Positions 20,855-34,475 are shown, numbered from the stretch's first letter. The stretch: 64,000 bases of DNA from Muribaculaceae bacterium (GCA_022509045.1 JAFLTZ010000002.1:2017-66016), one strand, 5' to 3'. Translations and numbers: made by a program. Notes: generated from the sequence alone by a model not told the origin.

Positions 20855-23284
20855 CTATTTAACGATAACTTTTTGAGAGTATCCGTTTGCGGTGCGGACA
20901 ATATAGAATCCCGCAGGGACATTTATAACAGATGCACCCTCAGCGACCGAAGAAAACGCTACCAAGACACCGGCTGCGTTATATACGCGGACTTCTGTCG
21001 CTTCATTAGCAACGATTTCTATTCCTCCATTTATACCCGAAACAGTATAATTATCGTTATCAGTGGTTATACTGCCAACCGAAAGGTTAGTTGTCATATT
21101 AAACGATTTACGTGTACGATTTTGAGTCACTTCTGTAAGAGTTCCGTTATTATCAATGATAAGAATACAAGTGTATGAAGCCCCCGGTATCGGATTTTCA
21201 GGTTCAAAAGCAAATGTAAACTCTTTTGTTCCATCTTTATCTATGAGGGTTATTTCTTTCTCGTAGGTGTTGAGTAGTGTAGTTGATCCGTTTTGGCTTA
21301 TATAGAAACGAAGATATAAATTCCCGGTGAAATCACCACCTGAATTAGTAAGATAACAAGTATACTCAACAGTTTTTGTGTCAGGATTATTTATTACAGA
21401 AGCTTTTACGGCAGAGATATTTGGTTCTCCTTTATCAAACTCAAGTATCTGTGAACCGATAACATATCCTTTAGAATCTATTACGGATGCCACGAGTTCG
21501 CCACCACGAGAAGGCGCATTCCCTACAAAAGTATAGGTTTTAGTTTGCCCTGCCTCAATATCAGCGACTACGATATCCGATTCAGCGAGATGAGTTCCGG
21601 TTTCTTCATTCTCACGTATTATGAGCATCAATTCATCATAATATTCCGTCATGCCGGTATTCTCTATATCTACACTTATCGAATATGGTTTTTTGGGAAG
21701 ACTCGGTGCCATATCGAAATTGGTAGCTGAGAGAATAGATGTAGATGGTGTAGCAAAGGTGGCAACTCCATTGGCAACTCGCATTAAGATAGATTGAGGT
21801 TTATTCACAGAGATTTTTATTTTGTTCCATTCAGATTTTACGGTCTCCTTATATACAGGACGAATAAAATATGTGCCTTCTTCGATATCTTCCGGAATCT
21901 GAAGTGATATAGTGCCCATTGAATAACCGGAGTACGAGGCCATATTGCGAGCGGATGTTGTAGAAACAGAAATTATCTCATCCTGGTCATTAAATATTCC
22001 CATACCCATAGTTACATTAAAAGTCGCGAAAGAATAGTTATACACATATCCGGAAAGGGAACATGATGCATTCTTGCCAAGATTTACATTTTGGGCGGAG
22101 GTTCTTAGATCACCGCTACTTATCAAAAGTAATTTATATGGTTCATCGTCGTCGTCTCTTGGTTTGATGTTGGAATAGATAGCTTGACTATAATTATAAG
22201 CGCCATTTGAGCCACCGATACCTTGTGCATTAGGACCAAGAGCTGTAGTCAAGAAATAACCATCACTTGTACCTCCCCAACCCCAATTGATATGGAAATA
22301 TCCATCGGTATTATATCCGTCGCACACGAATGCGTGTCCGGCATCCCCGGCTGTCCTTCCGGAGAAATAAATTGGACGTCCGGCATTGAGTTCATCAACC
22401 ATTCTCCCCTCAAATTCGCTAAGAGAGAAATAGTCACGCTGGGTGACGAGTATGCCTTTTGAATAGCGGAAATTCTCTATTAATGCTTTAATTGAGTACC
22501 GGCTTACGGCCCCACTTGACGATGGAGAATAACCCATTTGACATGCATAACCGACAGTTTGCATTAGTTTGGCAACAGCCAATTTCTGAACATCGGTAGA
22601 ACTGGTAGAGTATGTAGGAGTCATATTTTCCCAATCAAAAACCACTTTGGTGAAATCTTCGGAAAGATTTATTCCACCGTTTGTCCATTTATAGCTGATT
22701 GAACCTTCGCCCGGCCCTTGTGGAGTCTTATGGAAATACATGATTTGTGAAGTAGCTGTTGCTACACAACCTGTTACACTTTTCTGTCCGTTTAGTTCAG
22801 GGCAGAGTAGATTATATGGATTTCCTTGATTCCATTTTGATTGCACAAAAGGTTGCACACTGGTAGAGAATGTTCGTGTGATTTGCTGTGATAATTCAGG
22901 ATTATTGCGGATAAACTCTATTTGTCGTGCATATTCATCAAGCCAATATTTGAGATTTTCCGGCATATCATTTTGATTGAAATTACCCTCATCGCTATAT
23001 CCGAGGACGGTATTTGCAGCCATATCGTCAGCAGCAACGACTACATATCCGTTGTTTTCAGTGTAGTTAAAAACCCATAATGCCGGTTCCTCTGTAGTGG
23101 CATCGGTAAGTTCTAACGCTAACACCGGACTAACATCAGTTGCGGTAGCGCGGGTGGTCATAGCTGAGCTATTTTTCCAATTTTTTGCAATATCCTCAGC
23201 TTGATTGCGGCTGATTGTTTTGGAATACACTGTTGGTACTGACAGCAGTAAAAAGGCTGCAATACTAATAATTGATTTAGTCAT
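20855..23284 (-). CDS. Secreted C10-family cysteine peptidase, paralog A, with the same architecture as paralog B and a T9SS C-terminal domain
   Basis: Catalytic Cys context VTGCVATATSQIMYFH, His context GHAFVCDGYNTDGYFHINWGWGG, and CTD VRVYNAAGVLV...VPAGFYIV...KVIVK. ATG 23284 (MTKSIISIAAFLLL) aligns with the paralog B start. An alternative ATG exists at 23308. Confidence 0.85.
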   Translation of the reverse strand: MTKSIISIAAFLLLSVPTVYSKTISRNQAEDIAKNWKNSSAMTTRATATDVSPVLALELTDATTEEPALWVFNYTENNGYVVVAADDMAANTVLGYSDEGNFNQNDMPENLKYWLDEYARQIEFIRNNPELSQQITRTFSTSVQPFVQSKWNQGNPYNLLCPELNGQKSVTGCVATATSQIMYFHKTPQGPGEGSISYKWTNGGINLSEDFTKVVFDWENMTPTYSTSSTDVQKLAVAKLMQTVGYACQMGYSPSSSGAVSRYSIKALIENFRYSKGILVTQRDYFSLSEFEGRMVDELNAGRPIYFSGRTAGDAGHAFVCDGYNTDGYFHINWGWGGTSDGYFLTTALGPNAQGIGGSNGAYNYSQAIYSNIKPRDDDDEPYKLLLISSGDLRTSAQNVNLGKNASCSLSGYVYNYSFATFNVTMGMGIFNDQDEIISVSTTSARNMASYSGYSMGTISLQIPEDIEEGTYFIRPVYKETVKSEWNKIKISVNKPQSILMRVANGVATFATPSTSILSATNFDMAPSLPKKPYSISVDIENTGMTEYYDELMLIIRENEETGTHLAESDIVVADIEAGQTKTYTFVGNAPSRGGELVASVIDSKGYVIGSQILEFDKGEPNISAVKASVINNPDTKTVEYTCYLTNSGGDFTGNLYLRFYISQNGSTTLLNTYEKEITLIDKDGTKEFTFAFEPENPIPGASYTCILIIDNNGTLTEVTQNRTRKSFNMTTNLSVGSITTDNDNYTVSGINGGIEIVANEATEVRVYNAAGVLVAFSSVAEGASVINVPAGFYIVRTANGYSQKVIVK

Positions 23285-23342
23285 ATATTTTGAGAGTTTT
23301 TGGTACATAGAGTTTGTACTCTAAATTCAACTTACGATTTAG

Positions 23343-23350
23343 CAAAGATA
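23343..23350 (-). promoter_or_regulatory. Bacteroidota-type -7 promoter box (TATCTTTG) for C10 paralog A
   Basis: The plus strand reads CAAAGATA, the same octamer as upstream of paralog B. It lies 59 nt upstream of ATG 23284. Confidence 0.5.
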
Positions 23351-23428
23351 TATTATAATAAATTAATACACAATACAAAAAAAACGTATTAACAGTTTTT
23401 CACATTCTCGTATCGACTGAATCGCAAA

Positions 23429-27138
<3,710 letters not shown>

Positions 27139-27163
27139 TGTAATATTTGTTTTTGGTTATCAA

Positions 27164-27883
27164 TCATTTGGGTTGATACACTAATGTGCCTATGGGTTCT
27201 CCCGAAAGCACTTTTTGCAGATTACCATTAGTGTCCATATCAAATACGAGAATCGGCATACCGTTTTCCTTGCATAATGCAGTTGCCGTAAGGTCCATTA
27301 CTTTCAACCCACGGTTATATACCTCATCGTATGATATTTCAGAGAATTTTGTGGCAGTAGGGTCTTTTTCCGGGTCGGCAGTATATACACCATCAACACG
27401 AGTACCTTTCAGCATGGCGTCTGCCTCTATTTCCACTGCACGAAGAGCGGCGCCCGTGTCGGTAGTGAAAAATGGATTTCCTGTACCTCCGGCAAGAATT
27501 GCCACTTTGCCTTCTTTCATTGCTGCGATAGCTTTCCATTTACTATAATGTTCCCCTACAGGAAACATATTTATTGCAGTAAAAACTTGTGCCGGTTGCC
27601 CCACACTTTCAAGTGCTGAACTCAAAGCGAGTGAATTAATAACCGTGGCAAGCATACCCATCTGGTCTCCTTTCACACGATCAAAACCCTTGCCCACTCC
27701 GGAAAGTCCGCGGAAGATATTACCTCCACCGATTACTATTGCCACTTGTACGCCACTTTGTGCTACATCTTTTATTTGCTCGGCATATTCACCGAGGTGA
27801 GCTGTGTCGATTCCCTGTTTTTGTGCTCCGGCAAGCGACTCTCCACTAAGTTTTAGCAGTATTCTGTTATATTTTATGCGCAT
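27164..27883 (-). CDS. pyrH: UMP kinase
   Basis: It matches the amino-acid kinase fold (RILLKLSGESL, VIGGGNIFRG). The pyrH-frr pairing supports the call. Confidence 0.96.
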   Translation of the reverse strand: MRIKYNRILLKLSGESLAGAQKQGIDTAHLGEYAEQIKDVAQSGVQVAIVIGGGNIFRGLSGVGKGFDRVKGDQMGMLATVINSLALSSALESVGQPAQVFTAINMFPVGEHYSKWKAIAAMKEGKVAILAGGTGNPFFTTDTGAALRAVEIEADAMLKGTRVDGVYTADPEKDPTATKFSEISYDEVYNRGLKVMDLTATALCKENGMPILVFDMDTNGNLQKVLSGEPIGTLVYQPK

Positions 27884-27929
27884 ATTCCAAATTGTTGTAT
27901 TATTTTACATACTCCATTGGAGCTTGGTA

Positions 27930-27937
27930 CAAATTTA
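27930..27937 (-). promoter_or_regulatory. -7 promoter box (TAAATTTG) for pyrH-frr
   Basis: The plus strand reads CAAATTTA. It lies 47 nt upstream of the pyrH ATG and downstream of the terminator at 28001-28026. Confidence 0.55.
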
Positions 27938-28000
27938 TTAATTGTTTTTGAAATAACCAACTATGCGATATTTTTTATAGAAATTGCTCTAAAAAATAGA

Positions 28001-28026
28001 CTGCCTAACTTTTGATTGTTAGACAG
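28001..28026 (-). terminator. Intrinsic terminator after the 169-aa orphan ORF
   Basis: CTGCCTAAC-ttttgatt-GTTAGACAG. The single mismatch becomes a G-U wobble only in the minus-sense RNA. TCTATTTTTT follows on the minus sense. Confidence 0.7.
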
Positions 28027-28060
28027 CCTTCGTAAATAATCCTTAAGGGAAACTCGAGCC

Positions 28061-28570
28061 TTATTCGATAATTGAAAGGAATTCTGCAATTTCGTGTTGT
28101 GATAGTGTTCGTTTTTCAATTAGATTTTCCGAAAGCGTTTTTACTAAAGAATGTACTTGTTGATAATTATATAGGCGGTTAAGATAATTATATGACTTTT
28201 TGAAAATCGTATTACACTCTTCCGCGGTGATAGCATATTGAGCTTCTGCTTCGGCAGAAAAAAGGTCAAAAATCTCTTTTGAATCAGATGCACTTAGTTG
28301 TTTGCCATCTAATACCATTGAGCGACACATTGCATTTGAGAGCGCTATCCCCATCATCATTTTGAATATTTTTACAGAATGTTGGAAAGCAGAACGAGGA
28401 GATATCCCGGTCGAAGAATAGTAATATTCGCCGACAAAACTCATGCAGTCAAAGCCATCGGCATCGATGGTTACACCACCATACATATCATCGGCATCCC
28501 ACACCCGCATGGCAATGGCCATACCGATTATTCCATAACTTTTATCCTTTTCGTTGCGATATTTCAACAT
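28061..28570 (-). CDS. Hypothetical protein, 169 aa, with no signal peptide and no recognised motif
   Basis: The ORF is clean with an ATG start, lies 51 nt downstream of pdxB, and is followed by a terminator. I recognised no family. Confidence 0.55.
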   Translation of the reverse strand: MLKYRNEKDKSYGIIGMAIAMRVWDADDMYGGVTIDADGFDCMSFVGEYYYSSTGISPRSAFQHSVKIFKMMMGIALSNAMCRSMVLDGKQLSASDSKEIFDLFSAEAEAQYAITAEECNTIFKKSYNYLNRLYNYQQVHSLVKTLSENLIEKRTLSQHEIAEFLSIIE

Positions 28571-28621
28571 AGTGCTAAAATCTGCTGTAATGATTGGAAT
28601 TGCGAAATTACAAAAAAACTC

Positions 28622-29674
28622 TTAAATATATGCCGGTTCGTGTCGTAGAATATAATTATTACGAAGCGATTCGAAAAACTCCGGGTGTTGTTGCAACATT
28701 TTTGTGTCGATTAACGGATTGTATGAAGCCATTACCTTTGTGATATCATTTAGTGTGTATTTGCCCATATCTACATTGCCATCCGGAGTAATGATCGACT
28801 TGAATTGTGAGAGGTTATGCATGTCAATGTCAAGTGAGAAATGTTTTGCTATCGCCTCCACCATCATCAGAGAGCCACGCAATTTTCCCTCAATAGAATA
28901 TCCTGCAATGTGTGGAGTGGCTATAAATGCTTTTTCCAGTAACTCTCTATTGATATTTGGCTCGTTCTCCCAACAATCGATAGCCAAATCCATTCGAGAT
29001 AATGCTTTAATGAGAGCCTTGGTCTCTGAGATTTCACCACGAGCGGCATTAATGAGCAGACGGCATCGTTTTGCTTTTGCGATGAACTCGTTATTTATTA
29101 GATGATAAGTTGCGTCTGTCCCAACATGACATAAAGGTGTGTGCATACTTATCACATCGCTTTGGGCAAGAATGGTATCGAGTGATACAAAATCGACAAT
29201 ATTATGTTCATTTCTACTTCTCGGAGGGTCACATCGCATTACTTTAAATCCCAAATTTTCAGCAGATTTTGCTACTAATTCGCCCACATGACCAACTCCT
29301 ATTATCCCTATTGTGAGTGATTGTGGAGATAATGTTGCTGCTTTTTCGATTAACCAATATCCTATTACTGACATGACATATTGTTCTACAGCAGGAGCAT
29401 TACACCCGGGGGCACTTACGACCGTTATTTTGTTTTCTTGGCAATAATTATAATCGATATGGTCTGTACCAATAGTGGCAGTGCCAATAAATCTGCAACG
29501 ACTGCCGTTGAGCAATTCGGCATTGCATTTGGTCCGTGTTCGCACTATCAATGCATCGGCATCGGATACTGCGAAGGGTGTTATCTCAGGAGCAGTCAAA
29601 TACTCCACTCCGCACCACGGCTCGAATACACCTTTTAAAGCCGGAATATTTGCCTCAATTATAATCTTTTTCAT
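28622..29674 (-). CDS. pdxB: Erythronate-4-phosphate dehydrogenase (D-2-hydroxyacid dehydrogenase family)
   Basis: The N-terminus aligns by eye with E. coli PdxB (DADALIVRTRTKCN..., FIGTATIGTDHID, SAPGCNAPAVEQYV). An NAD motif GIIGVGHVG is present. Confidence 0.85.
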   Translation of the reverse strand: MKKIIIEANIPALKGVFEPWCGVEYLTAPEITPFAVSDADALIVRTRTKCNAELLNGSRCRFIGTATIGTDHIDYNYCQENKITVVSAPGCNAPAVEQYVMSVIGYWLIEKAATLSPQSLTIGIIGVGHVGELVAKSAENLGFKVMRCDPPRSRNEHNIVDFVSLDTILAQSDVISMHTPLCHVGTDATYHLINNEFIAKAKRCRLLINAARGEISETKALIKALSRMDLAIDCWENEPNINRELLEKAFIATPHIAGYSIEGKLRGSLMMVEAIAKHFSLDIDMHNLSQFKSIITPDGNVDMGKYTLNDITKVMASYNPLIDTKMLQQHPEFFESLRNNYILRHEPAYI

Positions 29675-30639
29675 ATCATGTGAGATATAATTATTCCAAT
29701 TGATAAGGCTATAAGCAAAAACAGGGGTATATAACGGCGTTTTGCAGAGCTGACACTATATAGATGCGAAATTTGCATTGAAGCACATGCCATGAGTATC
29801 GTTACGTAAACGGCCGCATTGGAGCAATCAATTATAATCATGATAATACTCCACAGCAGGGTGAATATAATAAAACTATTATACATACGAGTGCGCAATT
29901 TATACTTCATCAAAGTGAAGAAATTCATTGCAAGAGACACTATGGCCGTAAATAGTACAAATATGGAAGACGGCAACCAATATGGTAAACTGTCCAATTC
30001 CCATATAGGGGTTGGTGTGGGAAATTCTAATGAATCAAATGGATATATGTTCAATCCAAGAATTATCCAGTAAGGAGTCAAAATGCCAAGAATGGCGGCA
30101 ACTCCGGATCTCAGACTGATAGAACGGAATTGCCACAGCCCAATCACAAATAATGGCATTGCGTAAATAGCTGATATCTCTATTGTGGCAAGCGTTGAGA
30201 GTGTTGCGAAAATTAAGAATACTCCAATGTGGTTTTCGGTGTTGTTATATGTAGAAAATAATTTTATAATCAGAAACATTAAAATTAATACTACGTATGT
30301 GCAGTAGCAGAATTGAATTCCTACAGCCGGTATCGCCATTTCAAATATTAAAAACAGTGATACGAACAACGACGACATATTCCCCAAAAATAAGTATTGC
30401 TTGTTGAGCATCAACATTAATACTCCAATAAGCACTAAGCCGATATAATTGAGTATTATACCAGGAGTTCCATCAAAGAATTGAGGGATATAAAAGTCCC
30501 CGAGCAGTCCAGACGCTACACATTCTTTCGGAAAAGAGATTAACTCCCATTCGTAGAATGAAAGCACAAAGGCGATAATGGCAAAAAGAACCATTACGCC
30601 TCTGCTTTGTAATACAGAGTTAATCACTGTTTCTTTCAT
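29671..30639 (-). CDS. Polytopic inner-membrane protein of unknown function (about 9 predicted TM segments)
   Basis: The 322 aa are highly hydrophobic. Its stop overlaps the pdxB start (ATGA). It starts 19 nt downstream of purD. I recognised no family. Confidence 0.6.
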   Translation of the reverse strand: MKETVINSVLQSRGVMVLFAIIAFVLSFYEWELISFPKECVASGLLGDFYIPQFFDGTPGIILNYIGLVLIGVLMLMLNKQYLFLGNMSSLFVSLFLIFEMAIPAVGIQFCYCTYVVLILMFLIIKLFSTYNNTENHIGVFLIFATLSTLATIEISAIYAMPLFVIGLWQFRSISLRSGVAAILGILTPYWIILGLNIYPFDSLEFPTPTPIWELDSLPYWLPSSIFVLFTAIVSLAMNFFTLMKYKLRTRMYNSFIIFTLLWSIIMIIIDCSNAAVYVTILMACASMQISHLYSVSSAKRRYIPLFLLIALSIGIIISHMI

Positions 30640-30658
30640 GCGTGTAGATTAGTTTTGT

Positions 30659-31957
30659 TTACTTGATGTCAAAACCAATATCCCTACGGAAATATTTCCC
30701 TTCAAAATCAATTGTGTTTAGTGCTGTGTAGGATAATTTAAGAGCCTCTTCTTTGGTAGAAGCAAGCGATGTGGCAGCTATTACGCGACCTCCTGACGTG
30801 ACTAACCCATTTTCATTCAATTTTGTGCCGGCATGGAATAAAATTGTTGCCTCATTGCTCACCATATCAATATTATATATCACTTTCCCCTTGGCATAGC
30901 TTTCCGGATATCCTGAAGACACAGCCATTACGGTGACAGCATAACGAGGGTCGATTTCAAGGTCATAATCGGAGAGATTGCTATTGGCTACTCCGCAAAG
31001 TAATTGTAATAAATCGCTTTTGATTCGAGGCATTACCACCTCGGTTTCAGGGTCTCCCATTCGCACATTATATTCTATAACCATCGGATTCCCTTTCACA
31101 TTAATCAATCCTAAAAAGATAAAGCCTTTATATGTGATATTTTCTGCTTTAAGCCCATTTATTGTTGGTTCTACGATGCGGCTCACAACTTTATCCATAA
31201 ACTCCTTATCAGCGAAACTTACCGGGGATACAGCTCCCATACCACCTGTATTAAGCCCGGTGTCTCCCTCTCCTATTCGCTTGTAGTCTTTAGCTACCGG
31301 AAGTATTTTGTAGCTATTACCGTCTGTAAGTGCAAATACCGAGCACTCTATGCCACTAAGGAATTCTTCAATGACAACAGTAGCGGAAGATGCTCCGAAC
31401 TTACCATTTAGCATCTTCTTGAGTTCGTCTTTAGCTTCTGACAAATTATTTATGATAAGCACGCCCTTTCCGGCGGCAAGTCCATCGGCTTTGAGTACAT
31501 AAGGAGCTTCAAGTGTGTTAAGGAAGTCGTATCCCTCTTGTATATTTTCGGCAGTAACGCTCAAATATCGTGCTGTCGGAATATTGTGACGCATCATAAA
31601 TTGCTTTGCAAAATCTTTACTTCCTTCGAGTTGTGCTCCATTTTTGGATGGACCTATTACCGGGATATTTTTCAATTCTGTATCATTGGAAAAATAATCA
31701 TAAATACCGGCAACCAAAGGGTCTTCATTTCCGGCAATCACCATATTTACGTCGTGACTAAGAACAAAATCTTTTACCGAATCAAAGTCAAGAGGCGAAA
31801 TGGATACATTGATACCATAAGAATTTGTGCCGCCATTTCCCGGTGCGATATATAATTGTTTTAGGAGCGAACTCTGTGATAATTTCCAAGCTATAGCCGA
31901 TTCTCTACCACCAGAACCCAGTAGCAATAGGGTCATTTTATTGTTAGAATTATTCAT
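30659..31957 (-). CDS. purD: Phosphoribosylamine--glycine ligase
   Basis: [15 protein letters not shown] near the N-terminus and ATP-grasp architecture. An alternative ATG at 31936 would give [12 protein letters not shown]. Confidence 0.95.
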   Translation of the reverse strand: MNNSNNKMTLLLLGSGGRESAIAWKLSQSSLLKQLYIAPGNGGTNSYGINVSISPLDFDSVKDFVLSHDVNMVIAGNEDPLVAGIYDYFSNDTELKNIPVIGPSKNGAQLEGSKDFAKQFMMRHNIPTARYLSVTAENIQEGYDFLNTLEAPYVLKADGLAAGKGVLIINNLSEAKDELKKMLNGKFGASSATVVIEEFLSGIECSVFALTDGNSYKILPVAKDYKRIGEGDTGLNTGGMGAVSPVSFADKEFMDKVVSRIVEPTINGLKAENITYKGFIFLGLINVKGNPMVIEYNVRMGDPETEVVMPRIKSDLLQLLCGVANSNLSDYDLEIDPRYAVTVMAVSSGYPESYAKGKVIYNIDMVSNEATILFHAGTKLNENGLVTSGGRVIAATSLASTKEEALKLSYTALNTIDFEGKYFRRDIGFDIK

Positions 31958-31971
31958 AATTACGAGTGATT

Positions 31972-33522
31972 TTATTCATTACTATTATTATTCTCACCAT
32001 TGTTTTGAGTGGTTAAATCTTTACGCATCCAACTCTTACGGCGACCGTGTATAATTTCGCGCTCATGCTCGACACCAAGAGTAGGCTCTTTAAATTCTAT
32101 AACAGAAGATTTTCCCACTCGTTTTGAATATGGTTTGCGATATGTTTCTTCCAGTGGATTACGAGCCGGTGTCGGTTCCGGACGATATCCGTATCGACGT
32201 GTAGTTTTCTCTGATTTTTGCTGAGAGAAAGAAGATGTTTTAGTCCTCCTATCTTTTCGGTCGCCCTTAAAAATGGCACTCTTTGAAAATGCTCGGTCCT
32301 GTCCACCGCTATATCGTTTTGACACACCTTCAGAACCTCTAAAATCGTTGTTATGTACACTCTTACCTTCTTTTCTGAATTGAGCGTAAGTTCCGTCAAA
32401 AATCACATATTGGCGGAATTCACACTCAAGAGCACCATTCAGCACGGGGTATTTTATAGATGGTTTGAGACCGATATTGTCAAAAACATCTGCTTTCGGA
32501 CCGATGAGCCAAGCTTCACTTCCTTTGCATGAATTTTTTAGTGTCGAACCAATTGATGTATAAAATTCTGATAGATTCTCTAAATCGAGACGCTCTCCGT
32601 ATGGAGGATTACTAATGAGCATGCAATTGTCGGGCATAAACTCCATGTGGCTTAGAGGGCGTACTTCTGTAGTGAAATATTTTGCTAATCCTGCATTTTT
32701 TACATTTCGAGAGGCTATATCAATTGCTTTTGGGGAGATATCGTATCCATAAAAATGAACATTTATAGGATGTTCTTGCGAATCATCGTTCATTACAGAA
32801 TCGAATAATTCCGGTTCGAAGTCTCTCCAATGTTCAAAAGCATACGAATTGCGAAACACCCCCGGATAAATATTCCCTGCCATCAATGCAGCTTCTATTA
32901 GAAAGGTTCCTGAACCACACATAGGGTCTATCATATTCTTTTCCGGAGACCAGCCTGAGAGTTTTATAAGTCCTGCTGCAAGCACCTCATTGATAGGAGC
33001 ATCGGTTTGTGCAACGCGATATCCACGTTTATGGAGTGATTCACCGGACGAATCAAGTGATATTGTAACTTGATTTTGGGTGATATGCACGTTGAATTTG
33101 ATGTCGGCATTTTGGATGCGTATTGATGGACGTTTTTTGTAGTTATCCATAAACCAATCGGCTATGGCATCTTTAACGCGATAAGTCACAAATCGTGAAT
33201 GGCGAAAATCATCGCTGTTCACAGTGGCATCAATAGAAAATGTTTGATCTACAGTTAATACCTTATCCCATTTAAAATCACGACATAAAGTGTAGAGAGT
33301 GTCGGCATTGTCTGCGTTGAAACGTATGATTGGTTTTAATACACGTAAAGCAGTGCGAAGACAATAATTAGCACGATAGAGCAGTAATTTGTCACCGGTA
33401 AATGCCACCATTCGTCGCCCAATCTCTATATTTTCAGCGCCTAATTCACGTAGTTCATCTGATAACACACCTTCAAGACCCTGAAAGGTTTTTGCTGTCA
33501 TTTCAAATTTCTCGGAACTCAT
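31972..33522 (-). CDS. THUMP-domain class I SAM-dependent RNA methyltransferase (RlmL/COG0116-like) with a 133-aa Arg/Lys/Ser-rich C-terminal extension
   Basis: THUMP-like N-terminus, SAM motif [13 protein letters not shown] and catalytic motif NPPYGERL. The tail at 31972-32373 is low-complexity and basic. Confidence 0.8.
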   Translation of the reverse strand: MSSEKFEMTAKTFQGLEGVLSDELRELGAENIEIGRRMVAFTGDKLLLYRANYCLRTALRVLKPIIRFNADNADTLYTLCRDFKWDKVLTVDQTFSIDATVNSDDFRHSRFVTYRVKDAIADWFMDNYKKRPSIRIQNADIKFNVHITQNQVTISLDSSGESLHKRGYRVAQTDAPINEVLAAGLIKLSGWSPEKNMIDPMCGSGTFLIEAALMAGNIYPGVFRNSYAFEHWRDFEPELFDSVMNDDSQEHPINVHFYGYDISPKAIDIASRNVKNAGLAKYFTTEVRPLSHMEFMPDNCMLISNPPYGERLDLENLSEFYTSIGSTLKNSCKGSEAWLIGPKADVFDNIGLKPSIKYPVLNGALECEFRQYVIFDGTYAQFRKEGKSVHNNDFRGSEGVSKRYSGGQDRAFSKSAIFKGDRKDRRTKTSSFSQQKSEKTTRRYGYRPEPTPARNPLEETYRKPYSKRVGKSSVIEFKEPTLGVEHEREIIHGRRKSWMRKDLTTQNNGENNNSNE

Positions 33523-33545
33523 CTATAATAGTTTTTACGTTTTAT

Positions 33546-34445
33546 TTATTCTTTTGGAGCTACACGGAGCACATTGTTCGGGCGAGCTTGTATCAATCGT
33601 TCACCGGGAGCCACATTTTCATCTACCCATATATTCCCACCTATCACGGCATTATCACCAATCGTTATTCTTCCTAAAATTGAAGCATTGCTATACACAA
33701 TAACGCCGTTACCCAATATGGGATGACGAGGAATTCCCTTGATGGGGTTATTGTTCTCATCTGTGTCGAAACTTTTTGCTCCGAGTGTGACACCTTGATA
33801 AATCTTAACATCATTACCAATAATTGATGTGGCGCCTATTACCACCCCGGTGCCGTGGTCTATGGAAAAACGTTCTCCAATTACTGCACCCGGATGGATA
33901 TCAATGCCTGTTTCACTATGAGCTATCTCACAAATCAAACGCGCTATTAATCGCGCACCAAGATTGTATAGCTCATGAGCAATGCGATAATTTATTATTG
34001 CTCTCATTCCGGGATAACATATCAATACTTCCGTAGAGCTTTCTGCCGCCGGATCTCCGTTGAATGTTGCCTCGATATCTCCAAGTAAAATACCGCGTAT
34101 TTTTGGGAGTGTACTCAGAAAATTCAAGGAAATTTCGTTTGCATTCAGTAGATTTTTGTCTTCAGACGGGTCGCAACTGACTTGATTTTCGAGGAGAAAT
34201 AACAATCGCATACACTTCTCTCCTGTAAAATAGTCAGATGTTGCGGACTCTGGCTGTTCTGTTGAAAATACATTGGGAAAAAGTACACTGCGGCATATTT
34301 CGATAATTTCAGCAATTATCGATTGTGAAGGAAGCGTGGGACATTTTCCCGATGCTCCTGCGGTGATTTCTTTAAAACAGCAACCGCTAAGTTCTGACAC
34401 AACCTTTTTAATCACACTTTCGTGTGTTGGACTGTCATTTTTCAT
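33546..34445 (-). CDS. cysE: Serine O-acetyltransferase
   Basis: Hexapeptide-repeat left-handed beta-helix (IHPGAVIGERFSIDHGTGVVIGATSIIGNDVKIYQGVTLG). I chose the first ATG at 34445 because the track start at 34454 is TTG. Confidence 0.88.
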   Translation of the reverse strand: MKNDSPTHESVIKKVVSELSGCCFKEITAGASGKCPTLPSQSIIAEIIEICRSVLFPNVFSTEQPESATSDYFTGEKCMRLLFLLENQVSCDPSEDKNLLNANEISLNFLSTLPKIRGILLGDIEATFNGDPAAESSTEVLICYPGMRAIINYRIAHELYNLGARLIARLICEIAHSETGIDIHPGAVIGERFSIDHGTGVVIGATSIIGNDVKIYQGVTLGAKSFDTDENNNPIKGIPRHPILGNGVIVYSNASILGRITIGDNAVIGGNIWVDENVAPGERLIQARPNNVLRVAPKE

Positions 34446-34467
34446 ATACCTCAATGTTTTTGTACTG

Positions 34468-34475
34468 CAAAATTA
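34468..34475 (-). promoter_or_regulatory. -7 promoter box (TAATTTTG) upstream of cysE
   Basis: The plus strand reads CAAAATTA. It lies 23 nt upstream of ATG 34445. Confidence 0.5.

Larger units (their letters stand above)
18247..23284 (-). repeat. Tandem gene duplication of about 2.4 kb per unit (the two C10 peptidase genes)
   Basis: The proteins align end to end; by eye, roughly two thirds of residues are identical. Near-identical DNA patches exist, for example 20310-20350 vs 22918-22956 (tctatttgtcgtgcatattcatcaagccaatatttgaga) and about 20060-20140 vs 22670-22745. Confidence 0.85.

Noticed and set aside
32097-32399. A 100-aa alternative-frame ORF overlapping the basic tail of the THUMP methyltransferase
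   Set aside because: It is on the same strand in a different frame with no independent start context. The main frame is continuous from the catalytic domain. It is worth revisiting only if resequencing reveals a frameshift.
31972-33522. An NPPY-motif methyltransferase as a possible DNA methylase or restriction-modification component
   Set aside because: The N-terminal THUMP-type domain and RlmL-like organisation point to an RNA methyltransferase. No endonuclease or specificity gene is adjacent.
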